64,000 nucleotides of DNA from Curvularia clavata (Eukaryota). Shown here one piece after another: positions 50,354 through 64,000 of the stretch. The notes beneath the pieces are model-generated. The model saw only the letters and a program-made list of their open reading frames with translations, was not told the DNA's origin and made no database searches. The stretch spans positions 1-64,000 of the forward strand of contig CP089278.1 of the NCBI GenBank assembly GCA_023920165.1, read 5' to 3'. Made by a program: the position numbers and the translations under genes. Positions within the stretch are counted from its first letter, which is position 1. Each line of letters begins with the position of its first letter.

Positions 50354-52555
50354 TGCGAAGACAGCTCGAGATGCTTGGAAAGCGAGCGAATATGCAAAGG
50401 TGATGGGAAGCGAATGAAACAACGTGTTGATCGTGGTGGTAAACTTTGAGATGAACCCATCAAGGCTTTATAGTAGAGTCCAGCCCTCCTACGCCCGCCT
50501 CTGCCCTCAGGATCTTCATCGCGCTCATCTCAGATGACGCGGCAGGCGGCCCTGTGGTTAGTCGGCAATGTTGCTAGAATCCGTCTTGCTAGAGGAGCCA
50601 CTGCCTCGTTGGAATACCGTTTGAACGCATCCACAGTGGAGCTGAGCTCAAAAAACGTCGAATCATATGATACGTAATTATTACGCGTCACCACAATGCT
50701 GGCGTGGAAAAGCCAGGTTCTATGAGGTTATTGAAACAATGCTCAAGGTCAATGTCCGGGCTGATATGCGTTGGCGTCCTATTTAGCTATGCTTTATTCT
50801 GCTTAGAGTTGTTTTCAACAGGCTGGCTATAATTGGCCGAATCTATTCTCCTAAACCTCTTGGCAGGTGAAAGTTGTCGTAATCCTTTTGTCAAGCTTGC
50901 GCTAAAGGCCTTCGCCAAGATACCCCATGAGCTTCGCCATTGATATAGAAATGGAAGATTTCTCCGCATTCGAGATTTTGTCCCGTCCTCTATACGAAAT
51001 GATTGATCCAATGTGTCAGACCACCGCAATCTTGGGCGCTGTCCCTGCCATGGACTGCAACCGCTGCAGTCTTTCTGTTGTCATCTTTTACACCTTGAGA
51101 AATCTGGTCTTATTCCAGGCTGCACTGTTTATCATTTTCGCTGTAAATCTTAAGCGTTTGTAGCGTGTCGTAGAGGGTATAAAGTATTTATGGGCCGATG
51201 CCTTTAGTAAGTTGTCAATAAACAGTCCCAATCTCGAATACTACGTTGATTATAACCTGAAACTTTCGAGTCAATTTGTATGGCGCCTCATGGGCTATGG
51301 AACTGTAGTAACAAACGAACTGTGCTATGGAGTGCCTTTAGGAGAGTATAGTAAAGAGTCCTGCGCATTTTACATGTAGTAACTGAGTGATCTGTCTGCT
51401 ATTTTGAAGGGAGTCAATTCGTAAGGGTATACAGCTATGTTGATCCGGAGTAGTTTCCAGGCAACATGAGCTGTTCTACAAAATCTCGAACGTGCCCTTC
51501 AAGCCTCAGATTCTATGATACAGTCGCCCACTAGAAGAGCGATGAGCAAACGAAAAGTATCTTTAAAATTGTCTTACTGTACGCTATTTATTTAGCAAAA
51601 AAAGTTGATTTTGGATCTTTGAGATTCCCCAACCTCTGCCTAGTTTTCAACATTTGATGCGGAAACCTGGGTGAGCTGGAATCAGCCATTCAAACACAGG
51701 ATTATGACGGAATATCCGCTGACCGTGTGCTTTCATTGGTTCATTCCGGCCCACCGGGATAGACGTTAGTGAAACTTCTGAACCAGAACGCTAGAGTATA
51801 AATGAAATGTGGGTATACTTCATCGGAGTTCAGATCTAGAACTGGAAGACTTACAAACTAGGCTAAGTAAGTTGCGCGGCGTTGTTCTCTGCAAGGCTGT
51901 TGTATACGCGTCGCAGGTCTGTGCGCACGGTAATCGAAGAGGCCTTATCTAAAGCTGAATCACAACACATAATGTGCAAGCGACGGTTGTGCTAAGGAAA
52001 CGCCCTAGGAAAAACTGGAAATTTTGTTGAGTATGGAATAAGAAGGCCACTCTCATTGTATTCGCTGATACTACGGAATCGGGCGTGGCTGCGCAGGAAT
52101 GCATCTCGGATGTTCCAGCAGAAGCTCTATGTCTATGTCATCTTCTCTGATCCTGACCTCCTAAAATATCAATCTATGATAACTATGCGGTGCTGCTTTG
52201 AAATAAGCGCTAACTTCACTTTCCACATATCTACGCTAATTGCATCATACCCTTGTATGCGGCTGTCTGGCAGTGAAAACGTAACCGCATAACGTGACGT
52301 GTATTATGGGTCCTAGCTGGTGACCAGCCTCTGATACCAAGGACTCACTGCTTCAATTTTCTCAATATTTTCCTATGTGCAGCCTAATGACGCTAAGCGA
52401 CGCGTCTATCAAACGCGTCAGCTGAGATGCAGATTGCGACACAAGATTCTTGATATATGCATCATATCGCCGTAGTTGTGAGAAGGTTGTGTCCACTAGA
52501 CCTTTCGATCGTTTTGACTCTCCCTCGCTAATTTTCCTTTCTTAGTACCTTTATC

Positions 52556-54965
52556 ATGAGGGTCGTCTCACCATTGATTATAACCTCAGCGCTTGCGGCT
52601 CGTGCACTGGGCAAATCTGATGGTTCTTCTGGTCTTCTTTCGTCGGATTCTGGTACGTTGCTCTTGTATCAGGCACGTTTCTAGCTAACATCTACTTCAA
52701 GAACGTTTGGGAAACTTCGCCGAAGCCTATGAAAAGGCTAGAGCTTTTGTGTCTCAATTGACCAACTCGCAGAAGATCTCTATTATCACCAAGGGCGATG
52801 TTACCTCAAACTCTTCCTCGGCTTCCAATGTCTCATGGACTGCTTACACAACCAAAGATGCTATTGCAGGTATGAACAATGACTATTTTGTGTCTGGATT
52901 TTGTTCTGGGAATGCGTTATCCATGACCTGGGACCTTGACATGGTTCACGCAGAAGCAAAAGCATCGGGAGACGAATTCTATGGGAGAGGTTACGCCCTG
53001 ATCTCAGGACCCGAGGGAGGACCATTAGGCCGCACACCCTGGGCCGGTCGTCAAGCAGAAGCGATGTCGCCTGATCCATATCTATCAGGACTTATATTTG
53101 GCCAAGCTATTTCCGGCATGAACTCTGCAGGTGTCATTGGTGGAGGCCGACATTTCCTGCTCAACGAGCAGGAGACAAACCGAACATCAGGACTGGGTGG
53201 CTCCACCACTATTGCTTACTCCAGCAACGTTGATGACAAGACAATCCACGAGTTGTACCTTTGGCCATTCGCGGATGCGGTGCGGTCAGGTATGGCTGCG
53301 GTCATGTGCGCGATGAACCGTGCCAACAAGACGTACTCATGCGAGAACAACCGACTTCTCAACGAGCTTCTCAAGGATGAACTTGGGTTCCCCGGACTGG
53401 TCTGGCCTGATGTGGGAGGCCAGACCACAGCATTCGGATCTGCTAATGGAGGATCTGATTATGGCGACTCTAGTCTCTGGTCGGAGTCGACCATGGAGGC
53501 AGGCATTGCTAATGGCTCTCTTACACAAGCTCGTCTCGATGACATGGCGATTCGTAACGTAATTCCTTTCTATTTTGTTGGTCTGGACGATGGAAAACTT
53601 CCATCAAAGGCCGACACCACCGAGTACCGCGACGTGCGGGCAAACCATAGCAGCTTGATTCGCAACATCGGCGCAAATTCCCTTGTCTTACTTAAAAACT
53701 CGAACACTTCGGGTAACGGTCTCCCCCTTGACAAGCCGCGCGTAGTCAGCATCTTTGGTGCTCATGCTGGACCTGCTATGGCAGGTCCCAACATGGCCTT
53801 CAGTGTGCAGGGTACCGATGGATCAACATATCAAGGCCATCTGGTTTCTGGATCTGGGTCTGCTCAATTATCACTTAGTTACATTAGTACACCTTACCAA
53901 AGCATTATGAATCGCACTATCAACGATGGCGCCATGCTTTGGTGGGTGATGAACGACACATACTCATCCAACTCGGGAGGTATGGGTAACGGCTCACCTC
54001 CGTCTGAAATGAACTCGACTGGAGCAGGCAACTCTATGGATAGCGGTATGGGCGGGGGTGCTGGCATCGGACAATCCGGCACTTCCGTACTGCCATCCTT
54101 CAGCAACTACGCATCCATTTCAGAAGTATGCATCGTCTTCCTGAATTCTTTCTCTGGCGAAGGTGCAGACCGCACAGAGCTCTTCAACGATGACCAGGAC
54201 ACAATGGTCACGAGCATCGCCTCCAAGTGTAACAACACTATTGTCGTCATCAATACCCAAGGCCCACGTCTGATGGAAGCATGGATTGATAACGAAAATG
54301 TGACTGCCGTTTTGTATGGTGGATATCTCGGGCAGGAATCCGGCAATGCGATAGCTGACGTACTTTACGGCGATGTCTACCCAAGTGGCAGACTGATTAA
54401 TACTATCGCAAAGAACGAAAGCGACTATCCGGTCAGAATCTGCTACGATGCCGACTGCGACTTCAACGAGGGCGTATACATCGACTACAGGTACTTTGAT
54501 AAGTACAATAAGACAGTCCGCTTCCCTTTTGGATACGGCCTTTCTTACACTTCGTTTGAGTACTCTGAAGTCCAAGTTAAAAGCATTGACCTTTCCGCAT
54601 TGGCGAACACGTATCCTACGGGAATCGCTACCCTCGGTGGAAAGTCCGACCTGTTTGACACTATTATCAGCATTGACTTCATACTCTCTAACGCAGGCGA
54701 AAAAGCAGGCACAGAGGTTGCTCAACTCTATGTTGAGTACCCGGCTGCCGCCGAGCAACCCCCCAAGCAGCTACGTGGATTCAAGAAGGTTGCTATTGAA
54801 GCTGGCGGTTCGACTAAAGTTACCTTTGACGTTCGCCGCAGGGATATCAGTTATTGGGATGTCGCAGCGCAAGATTGGGCAGTCGCTAAGGGCGACTACA
54901 CCTTTCACGTGAGCTCGAACTCGCGTGATAGTAAGGGAACCGTAACAGTCACTGTCAAAAGCTAG
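52556..54965 (+). CDS. Secreted GH3 beta-glucosidase
   Basis: Signal-peptide exon from 52556, then an intron; PLGRTPWAGR, HFLLNEQE, HELYLWPFADAV, ELGFPGLVWPD, GEGADR, FGYGLSYT, QLRGF. Confidence 0.93.
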
Positions 54966-55178
54966 TACACACTTGCGAAGTGAAAGCTGGTAGAAACACT
55001 GATTGTGATGATGCAGCCTAAATAGTAGCTACTATGGCAGTATTACATCTTCCAGATTAACGGTTAGGCAGAGCAGAGACAGGTAGAGTCACAGTTTAGA
55101 TGTATTATGAAGTGAGAGCAGCGTAGTGGTTTGCTGGTAGTAAGAGATCTTGTTACTTGCAATATACTAGTTACAAAG

Positions 55179-56440
55179 CTAATCTTGTTCATGAAGATAA
55201 GCGATAACAGCGTCTCTCCAGTATACTGATCCTTTGTACCATTCCATCTCCTTGATGCTATGATTTTGTCCAAGAATTGCTTCTGCTAAACTCTCACCAA
55301 GGCCTTCGTCCTTAATTTTCCTTAAGCTGTACTGATAAGTTTTGAAAGTGAATACTAATGTATCGTCATTTTCCTGTAACCTATGCAGTGTCTGCCTTTC
55401 GCAACGCACAGTAACTTGATCTGGATCCAAGTCTTCAAGTCTCAATTTGGGAAGTCGACTTGGCAGGAACAGTTCCATCATCCATTTTGCCAGCTTCAAC
55501 ACGCACACGGGAAACATCATCAAGGGATTATGCTCAGGACTGTATAGGTTATGGTCCAGAGCTACGTTCCAGTTATGTCGTTTCACAATCTTCCCCTTTG
55601 GCAGAGATGCAAAAAAGCGATCCATAGACAGCTGAAGCTTCTTCTTGAACCCCGGCACAGGTTTATGAATTTCTGCCAGCGTAAGACCAATCTTTTCCCG
55701 GGGATCGAAACCGAATGGATAGCAGTCTATATACGCGCGTGCGATGTATTTTCTGTTGCCTTTGTACTTTCGGGCTTGTAAAAAGAAGAATTCGGCATCC
55801 ACATTCTCGGCGATTATACGCAAGATATCATGAGGCTCAGTCGGAGGTTCCAGCGGAAGTTTTGTCCCGTCAATGCTGCAGGTAATGAAGCCTCGTGTCT
55901 CGTTACTTAGATGCTGAGCCGGATAACTTCTGTATACGTTGGGATAACGGTTAGGTAGGTAATTCCCAATCAGCCACCTATAGAACTCCCTGATTGCGGG
56001 AACTGAACTCGGCATCGCAGAAAGAACCACCTCTTCGTACTTGCTAACAATCTTTCGCCGAAGTCTAAGCCGATCGGGTAACGTACAGTCTAGGGGAAGA
56101 TATTCCGAAAAACATAGATTTTGGGTCCCAAGAGTGAGATAAGACTTTGGCTTCCATGGATACAACTTTAGGGGATTCTCTTGCTTCAACTGGAAGTCAG
56201 GAAGCGGTCGAATACGATCATAGTCGCTGGGTAACTCTGGCTGAATTGTGGCCATGGGAACTTTCGGGCGAATGCTTGCAATCTATAGTTCATATTCATG
56301 TTGATATTCACCTTCTCAGAGCTTTTTTCTGCAGAGACGCTTACAAGATTGTATCTGAAGAGATACCACAAGACACCAGCAGCGAAGCACATGCATGATA
56401 GGACTGCGCTACAAGCAGTTATAGAGAATCGAGTTAACAT
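55179..56440 (-). CDS. DUF3445 / heme-dependent oxidative N-demethylase alpha-subunit-like protein
   Basis: Hydrophobic exon 1 spliced in phase 0; YLPNRYP, CYPFGFDPREKIG.TLAEIHKPVPG, KRHNW, RCERQTLHRL. Confidence 0.75.
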
Positions 56441-57227
56441 GGTCAAGGATGTACAGAACAGGAATGACCTTATGTCGACTTTTCAACGTAGAGTGTCTCC
56501 TTTTATGTTGGGAGAATCGAAAGGTTAAGAGATTAGACATACAGGAGAAAGGGGCGCTGTATGTTGCAACGCGTAAGAAGTTGGGGTTCGGAATGTCGGC
56601 ACGCCCAGGAAACCGAGTACGAACATTGTGCCATGCGGTTCCGTGCACAGTGCGGGGTAAGGTTCTGTTAAGCTAGAGCATAGGATGCTGAGAGATCCAG
56701 CCGATAAAAGGCGGAGTTTAGGGCCTATTCAGTTTCGCTGCCACAACAGCAACGACGCTAGCCGATACTGCTGGCAGAAAGATTATGGCGCGGTGAATTG
56801 TGGGGTCTTTCACCTTTGTTTAGCGCGTAATTTATGGATGCGAGAACATCGCGACTCCACGGATCCTTGCGATAGATTGATAGCCCTCAAAGTACGGAGA
56901 TGGCTTTCAAAAGTTATTGCCTAGAATAGCCAAACAGCGAATTAGTGAGATGTTACAAGTAACAAAAACAATTCTCTCCTTCACACAGGAGTCGAGGTTG
57001 AAGGCCAACCTATGGCCACATTAGAGGTAATGATTATCGTGGGACGTGGGTCACTTAACTGGTATCTCACCAAGCAGCAACACCTCACTAAGAGGATATA
57101 TGCCACAACGTCTAGAAATATTAGCGTGGGCGACTAACCCGAGTAGGCGGCCAACCTAAAGGGTAAGTCATATAAAAGAGAAAGTATAAGTGTAGTTATT
57201 GCATAATACGCTATATACTACTCTAAC

Positions 57228-58895
57228 TCATACACTAGTGCTGTCTAATTTTTCCAGTACACTGATCTTTGCATCATTAGCATGCTGCTGGAACTGTCTT
57301 ACTGAAATCTTCTTTGTATACAGCCAGTCGACTTTATCCATAGTCAGCCCATGTAAATCCGGCACAAGGAACCAGGAGCCGATCAGCAGAAGGATCGAAC
57401 TTCCCATGAACACAAATCCAGTGCGGGCACCCAGATTACCGGCATCAGTGTTATACATATAAGGTACAGTGAATGTGAATACCCATGTTGTCACTGCGTT
57501 GGAAATAACGCCAATTGATTGCGTCTTTGCCCGCAGGCGATACGAAGAGACTTCGGCCGTGATCACCCATGCAATAGACGTCATGGTAAGGATCTGCCAT
57601 GCGATTAGAACGTTCCTGCGACCCATTATTAGTTATTGGACATTAGCTGAAGATGAAGAGACAGAAACTTACATGAGGATAGCAACGGCCCAAAGACTAC
57701 TTTTAGATTTAGAATAATAAAGGCCGCCAATAACTGTCATGACTAGGGTGTTGACAGCAACACCCGCGAGCCAGATTGAACGACGACCAAATCTCTCCAT
57801 GAAGAACCAGCTGAAAACTATAGCGATGACAGCTAAGCCAAATCCACCAATGCCGACATCGAACGCGTGAACGGCAGGAAGTCCTGCGATGATGAGAAAG
57901 TACGTGTTTTGGGAGAGCAGCGACCCGCCGTTCAGCCCTGCAGCAAGAAACAACCAGACGACAGTAAGCGTACGCTTCACATTTGTGCCCCGGAAGAGTT
58001 CCAGATAGGTTGCATCGCCATATGCTTCGTTTTGCGAGCGTTCTTGCTCAATTTGCCTGCGTAAAATTGCAAGGCGAGCCTCGATATGATTGTTGGGTCC
58101 ATAGAGGCGAGCCAATGCTCTCTTCGCAGCATCAACCTTCTTCTTGCGTAGGAGAAAGACCGGTGACTCAGGCATGATGGTGAAGGTCAAACCGGCAGCA
58201 GTAGGCCAGATCCACTGCAATGCAAAGACTTTGCGGAAGGCCGATGTAGACATGTCTCCAATATAGATGCGAATCGTGACAAGACCAATTGCTTGCATTA
58301 GGACCATGAACAGCACGATACCAGACTGGATCGGACCACGGAGACGTAAAGGTGAGATTTCGGATGCCCAAGCCGTAGCCGATGCGAAGATGCACCCGAT
58401 GGCCAAGCCATTGATCATCTTTCCACCAAGTAGCATACCTCGGCTCGTAGCAGCGAATTGTACGCCAACTCCAACAATCGATATACAGGCGGCGGCTACA
58501 CAGGCCCATTTGCGTCCAATGCGATCAGATACGAAACCGATACTCAATCCGCCGAACGCTTGCAGCAAGTACGACATCGCGGTCCACATCGATGCCCATA
58601 TCGAAGGAACGAAAAGGGATCCTGTTGTATTATGATCGCCGAAGTATAGCAGAAAGGCAGGCATAGAGATAGACGCGCCGTTGATGACACTGTCGTACCC
58701 GAAGACGCCACCAGCTAGGAGTGCAGCAATGGAGTGAAGCAAGATCCGTTTGTGCGAAACAAATGAAGACCACAGGGTACTGTCCCGATCCTTTTCGACA
58801 ATTCCTTCACCTAGTCGTAGGTTGTTCTCATTATCGTCTACAGCTTCGATCATACTGGCGCTGGAGACCTCCTGCTTTTCGGTCTGGACCTTCAT
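57228..58895 (-). CDS. MFS sugar porter (alpha-glucoside/maltose permease-like)
   Basis: FGYD, SDRIGRK, SEISPLRLRG, PESP, ERFGRR, AEVSSYRLRAKT; one intron near the 3' end. Confidence 0.92.
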
Positions 58896-59230
58896 GTTGA
58901 ACGTGTAGCGTGACTGTGTATACTCTGGTGCAAGTGATTGTAAAAGGACGTAATCGGATCATCCGTGGTGTTGAGCCGTAATGTAAACTTGCTTTATGCA
59001 ACTAAAGGCTACGACTCTGGACCTTGATATAATAGCGGGATTAGCTGCGTCACACTAGCATGGGCGTCCGGGGAAGAATCCGGGGTAGCTTGATCGGCGG
59101 AAGATAACCGCAACCTCTCTTGGCGACAGGAGATGATGAAGAATTGCCGAAATGCTGCCACAATGGAGCTGGGTGGACGTGGTGGACGTGGGTGGACGGG
59201 TGCGGAAAGGCTCGATCCGGGGCGCGCGCG

Positions 59231-61810
59231 TCAACCTGATTGATCAGAAACACTTGGATGCAAGTGAAGAAGTAGCGCCAGATTTGAAGAGCAACCCCAG
59301 GTTCCTAGTTGCACCAAAGATTGGATTGCATGCCGGAAGATCAACTTTGGAGCGTTTGTGTCGTCGAGAGAGAACCCAGCTTCGATCACCTCGAGCAGAG
59401 AATGTGACACGCTTCCTTTGTTACGCAGATATTGGACAATGTGCATTTTCTGGTCTGGCAACGTTGCGCGTGCGAGCGACCACAAGATGACGTGACACAA
59501 GAAGAGGCCAATGATGCTGTAGGGATCATCTTCTCCTTGGTCAGACATGATAATATCTATACATGTCGACGCGTCTTCAACAGCTTGAATCATTTTCTCT
59601 GGATTCTGAAGAGCCCAGGACAGCAACCTACACACTGCTGCCTTGGCGTCTAAGAGTCCAGATCTTCCGAGACAATCTTGGATCTCCGAGATGGGGAAGA
59701 CTAGATACAATCGGGCGAGATGATATGCAATCATAGAGCAGCGGCCTCTGCGCTCCAACTCCGCATCATGACGAACACGGTACCTTTCTTGGTACGATTT
59801 CTTCCATACCTCAAGCGTATCAAACAAACGAGCTGCATTATCATCTGTGTGAAAAGATGTTGATGAACACGCTTCGCTCTCGTCGTACGTTCGTAGTAGC
59901 GCGAGCGTGTCTTGGTAATGGAACAAGTCTGTCATGATTGAAAGCAATAGTAAATGCAAGCTCCAAGTGTTGAGTCTAGGTAGTAACACTTGTTTCTCGA
60001 TGACCCTTTGGTTCCTCGCAGACAGCAATGAAGCAGCAAGGGATCCAAAAACTGGACAGGCAGGCTCAGATGCAGACCCTAAGCGATTCTTCCAGGATCT
60101 TGCAGTCGTCAATGTCCAAAATTCTTCGTCGCAGGGACACTCCCATTTTTTGATGTCAGTCATTGTCAACATACCGCCCATGCCGAGGAGGACAGGGAAC
60201 TGCGCGTCCACCATATATACAAACCAGGACAGTCTTTTCCGGCTTTCCCGCTTTGCCCACTGCGTCCAGACGGAGTCCAAACTTTTTGGTGACTTGGAGC
60301 ATCGAGTCCCGTCTGCATACTCAAAAGTCTCGTGTTGATCTCCATGGTACGTTGCGTGATCCGCATGTCTACCAAATGCTGGCATGCGTCTAACATAGGT
60401 CACTACTACCGCGCGAAAGGCCTCGGCCAGCTCGAAAGCGCGTTTGTTGCCGCACCAAAGCCCCATGTAGCATACGAGAGCAGAAGCATATATGATGTGG
60501 GGCTCTCGCATGAGACTGTTGTCTGCTTCTATCAAAGCAAGTAGATTTAGTCGTATGCGGTCCAAGACGATGATGCCAAATCTTCGTGTATGTCGTAATC
60601 TACTGTAGCATGAGCCGATTACCATCATGATCGCTAGTAATTCCGAAGGAAGCTCTTCCATGTCCATGGTTGGTCGATGTAGAACAGGCGCTTGGGGCAG
60701 GAATGCGTTGAAAAACAGACTGATGAAGACGTTAACGAGAGGCAGCTCGGGTAAAGTGAAGGTGTCCTCTCCGCGCAGCTGCTCTTTTGGGCTCAAGAAG
60801 TCATGTATACGTGAGAGGGCGGTTATTGTTATCGTGATATTAGGATCGATGGTCGCAAATATGGGGTGTCCAGGTGGAAGCACTATCGGTTTCGCCCTTG
60901 CTACGGCCTTAGAGCGCGGATCCCATGCAAATGGCAAACGGTCTTCATGTGAGGTCTCATTTGGTGGAGATGCGATGCGAGAAGAAGTTTCAGCACCCTC
61001 ATTTGGCTGCATCTCGGCCCCCGGGGCTCGCGCTGCCTCGCTACCGCTTGAGCGCAAAGGGACGCCCTGGTCGAAGAAGTGGTCAAAAGGCAATGTACTG
61101 TTCGAGGAATGCAACGGGTATGGCATAGTGGCACTCGAAGAATCATACCCAGTCGAAGAAGCCCCTGTTTGGAGAGGCGGACTACACGCGAGATCCGTCT
61201 CACGCAATGCATCGAAGAATTGAGATGAAAACCAGTCGAGGGTATGTTCCGACGAATAATTCCAGGGTTTCGCAAACGTAGCGTAGTCAAAGTAAGGGTC
61301 AAGGTCCATTGTTCCTACGTAGATGGCGTGGCTAAGGTTCTCGTTGAGCGGTACTGGCTGATGTTCTGGGAAGGATGATGCATTGACGTCCCCATCACTC
61401 ATCGATGCAACGATGGCCTGATCACCAAGAGAGTCGGGAGCTGTCAAAAAGCTGTCCATCTGAACTGAAGGCTCCGCGCGAGCTGACGCGATGCTAGAAC
61501 CGCGCTGTGGTTTCAGCGCGGCTCTGGTACCACTGGCGGTGGTTCGCGCATGTAGTCGCTCATGCTTTCTGCGCAGATCACTCCTGGTAAATCGTCTCCC
61601 ACATGTTTGGCAGCAATGCTTGTGGGTTGCATCGTCTATTTGTTCAAAACAGCAGTCAGCAATCCATAACCTACTCTGCCGCAGTCACTGTTGACAGCAC
61701 TTACGTATCTTTGCATGCCGAGCGAGGTTCTCGGGGCGCGTGAAACTCTTGTCGCACTGTGGGCAAAGCAGCGGCCGGGGGCTGACGGTGGCGTGACTTG
61801 AACTCGACAT
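59231..61810 (-). CDS. Two-finger C2H2 transcription factor with fungal TF domain
   Basis: CPQCDKSFTRPENLARH, intron, CQTCGRRFTRSDLRRKHERLH; PVLHRPT, RESRKRL, CPCDEEFW. Confidence 0.88.
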
Positions 61811-62176
61811 CGAGTGCAGTATGATCAGGTAGCTGCTAGGGAGACGCTGTTGATGAGCGTCCACTCGGTTGTTCATAGACGTCCACTCAGTAGCGTGGCC
61901 AGGCATGGATGCATGTCCACAATGTCCACCTGGAATGCCGGCCCGGCGCCGCTCCGATTGGGCAAGTCAAGCAGAGCCCCACCCAATGTCCACCCAAACA
62001 ACGCGCTACCCCAACGGTTTGCCTCTCTCCCCCTAGAGTTACGCCTTCTCGCCAACTACTGCTCGGCGCATCAACTCGTCCTACCCGAGGTCATCAGCGG
62101 CTCAGCTACGCGCCCTGTTCGCACATCATGGAGCTTCTCTTCCGTCCGCACTGCGCAGCTCTTACCACTCACTGTC

Positions 62177-64000
62177 ATGGCCGGTGATCCTCTCATTGAA
62201 CCGGCTCGCGTCTTGCGATGTGCTGGAAATGTGACGCTTGCCTTCAAACCTTCCACCTTCACATTGACCAACGATGGCGACGATGCCATCCACGCTGAAA
62301 TCATACTAGACTACGGACAATGCGAAGGAGGTCTCCCAGTTTTCAAAATAGCGTCTGCTTCTGGCAATCGTACACTAGACCTAACCGTTATATACAGCGA
62401 AGGCATTGAGGGAATAGCCCGCGCCTCAGGTGAGGAGACAGGACGAGACGATGACATGGTTGGACCGATTGGCTAAGAGAGATTAGGCGATGGCCCCTTC
62501 TTCCTATTCTCTAATGCAATGGACACCTATCGTAGAACCACGTTGAAGGTTCCTCCATCACCACATGAGCAGGTTGTGAGAGCTGTATACACCCAACGAT
62601 CGCAAAGATACCAAAAGATACGGCTGTCGACCCCACACTCAACTGTCACTTTTTCCGTCATCGGCTTCGAGCGTATCCGGCCAAGATACTTGGCAAATTC
62701 GACTTTCTCGTGCTCTAATCCACTGTTGAATCGGATATGGCAAGATGGTGTGAGGACTGTCGATATGTGCACAGTCGCCAAGGGCGAGACGTCTGCCGCA
62801 TGGGAAGTTACTAATCAGGGAACTAGGGTCCGTGGCCAGCATTGGGCACCATGCCGATTAGGCACAAGATGGGCGGATAAGACCGTTCGTTTCCAGGTTC
62901 GTATCGAACATGGAGGCGCGAGCTGGGCCATCCACATGGTGGCCAATGGACTGATCTTTTGTTTGGACGCGGCCACGAGGGAACTATATGCATGCGAAGG
63001 CCTTTCCACAGAACCAACCGTCTTTCCTGTTGCTGAGAGAGGTCGTTGGCACATTGGCGATCTGGAACTGGACGCCTGGCTCCAAATCGAAACGGTCACG
63101 CGCGGCGATACCGTGGTTGTCTCAGTACAAGGCCGACGACTTGCATTCATTGAGGGTCTGGACATCAACCCTATTCTTGGTGGAAGCCCGAACAACACGG
63201 GATCTGTCGCATTCGGCGGTCCATGTGAGTGGGTAGCTGTGTATCGCCACCTCAATGTACTCAGTCTTGGGGGCGAGACCCTATACCAGAATACCATGTT
63301 GCCTTGTGATCGAAGCCGAACACTGGCTGACTTCCAAGTTGGAACTAATGGGCTCGCTTGCACGATTGATGGTGCGAAAAGAGACCGTGCCTGTTTCGGC
63401 GGGGATCTTTATGTCATGGGCCAATCGATTGCCCACTCCATTATGAAGTTTGACGTGATAGCAGGCAGCATCGAGCTTCTGACTAGCCACCAAACCAGCG
63501 AGGGATATCTTGGCAACCTCTGTCCCATCCAGGCACCTGTTCATGAAGAGGACGAGGAGCCTCCGACATATGCCTTCTATTCCTTGTCGTACGCGCTGCT
63601 ACTCGTGGTTGCAATTAAGAATTACTGGCTACACACTGGTGACGCAACGATAAAGACACGCTGTTTTCAGCGTTTAGAACATCTCATGGCTTACGCAGCG
63701 AGACACCTCAGCGCAGGGATTATAGCAGCCCCTCCGCCTCTATCAAGTGAGTCTGAACAGGATCTCTCCAGCCAACAAGCTGACCGCCTGCAGTGCATTG
63801 GTTCCCACTTGGCGGCCCTGTTTTCGGTCCCTCGAGTTCACTGAATAATGCATATTACGAGGCCCTGCAAGCCATGTCGATCATGTCTGATGACCCAGAA
63901 GCCAAGCAAAAATATCTATCGGAGGCCAAGAAGCTTAAGGTGGAAATGCTGAATCGCTTTTACGATGCTTCCACCGGTGTCTACCGTCTGGGCGAACATC
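62177..64000 (+). CDS. GH78 alpha-L-rhamnosidase-like, runs off the window
   Basis: IILDYG, FSCSNPLLNRIW..GVRTVDMC, IDGAKRDR..FGGD; introns near 62430 and 63750. Confidence 0.82.

Overview
Left end of a filamentous ascomycete chromosome, with clear repeat-induced point mutation (RIP) signatures. Bases 1-53 are an untrimmed Oxford Nanopore adapter and native barcode, followed by 15 CCCTAA telomere repeats and a RIP-inactivated telomere-linked RecQ helicase. From about 5.6 to 19.8 kb lies a repeat belt: a minisatellite, a MITE, solo LTRs and a three-level LTR nest centred on a full-length Ty3/Gypsy chromovirus (11995-19325). This element carries an unexpected intron-containing antisense gene for a Zn2Cys6-like/coiled-coil protein, plus 10-bp-phased CCAAATTGG-type motifs; together these are the best candidate for a new system here. 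From 20 to 48.7 kb are accessory aromatic/xenobiotic genes interleaved with solo LTRs, several of them decayed: a stilbene/carotenoid dioxygenase, esterases, a P450, a decarboxylase relic, reductases, a glyoxalase and a TRI12-like MFS. From 48.7 to 64 kb I found no TE relics; this part holds a secreted intradiol dioxygenase and a GH3/sugar transporter/C2H2 TF/GH78 module with a shared GTCCAC promoter motif. Gene models and family calls were made by eye from motifs, with no database searches; intron boundaries are approximate unless stated.
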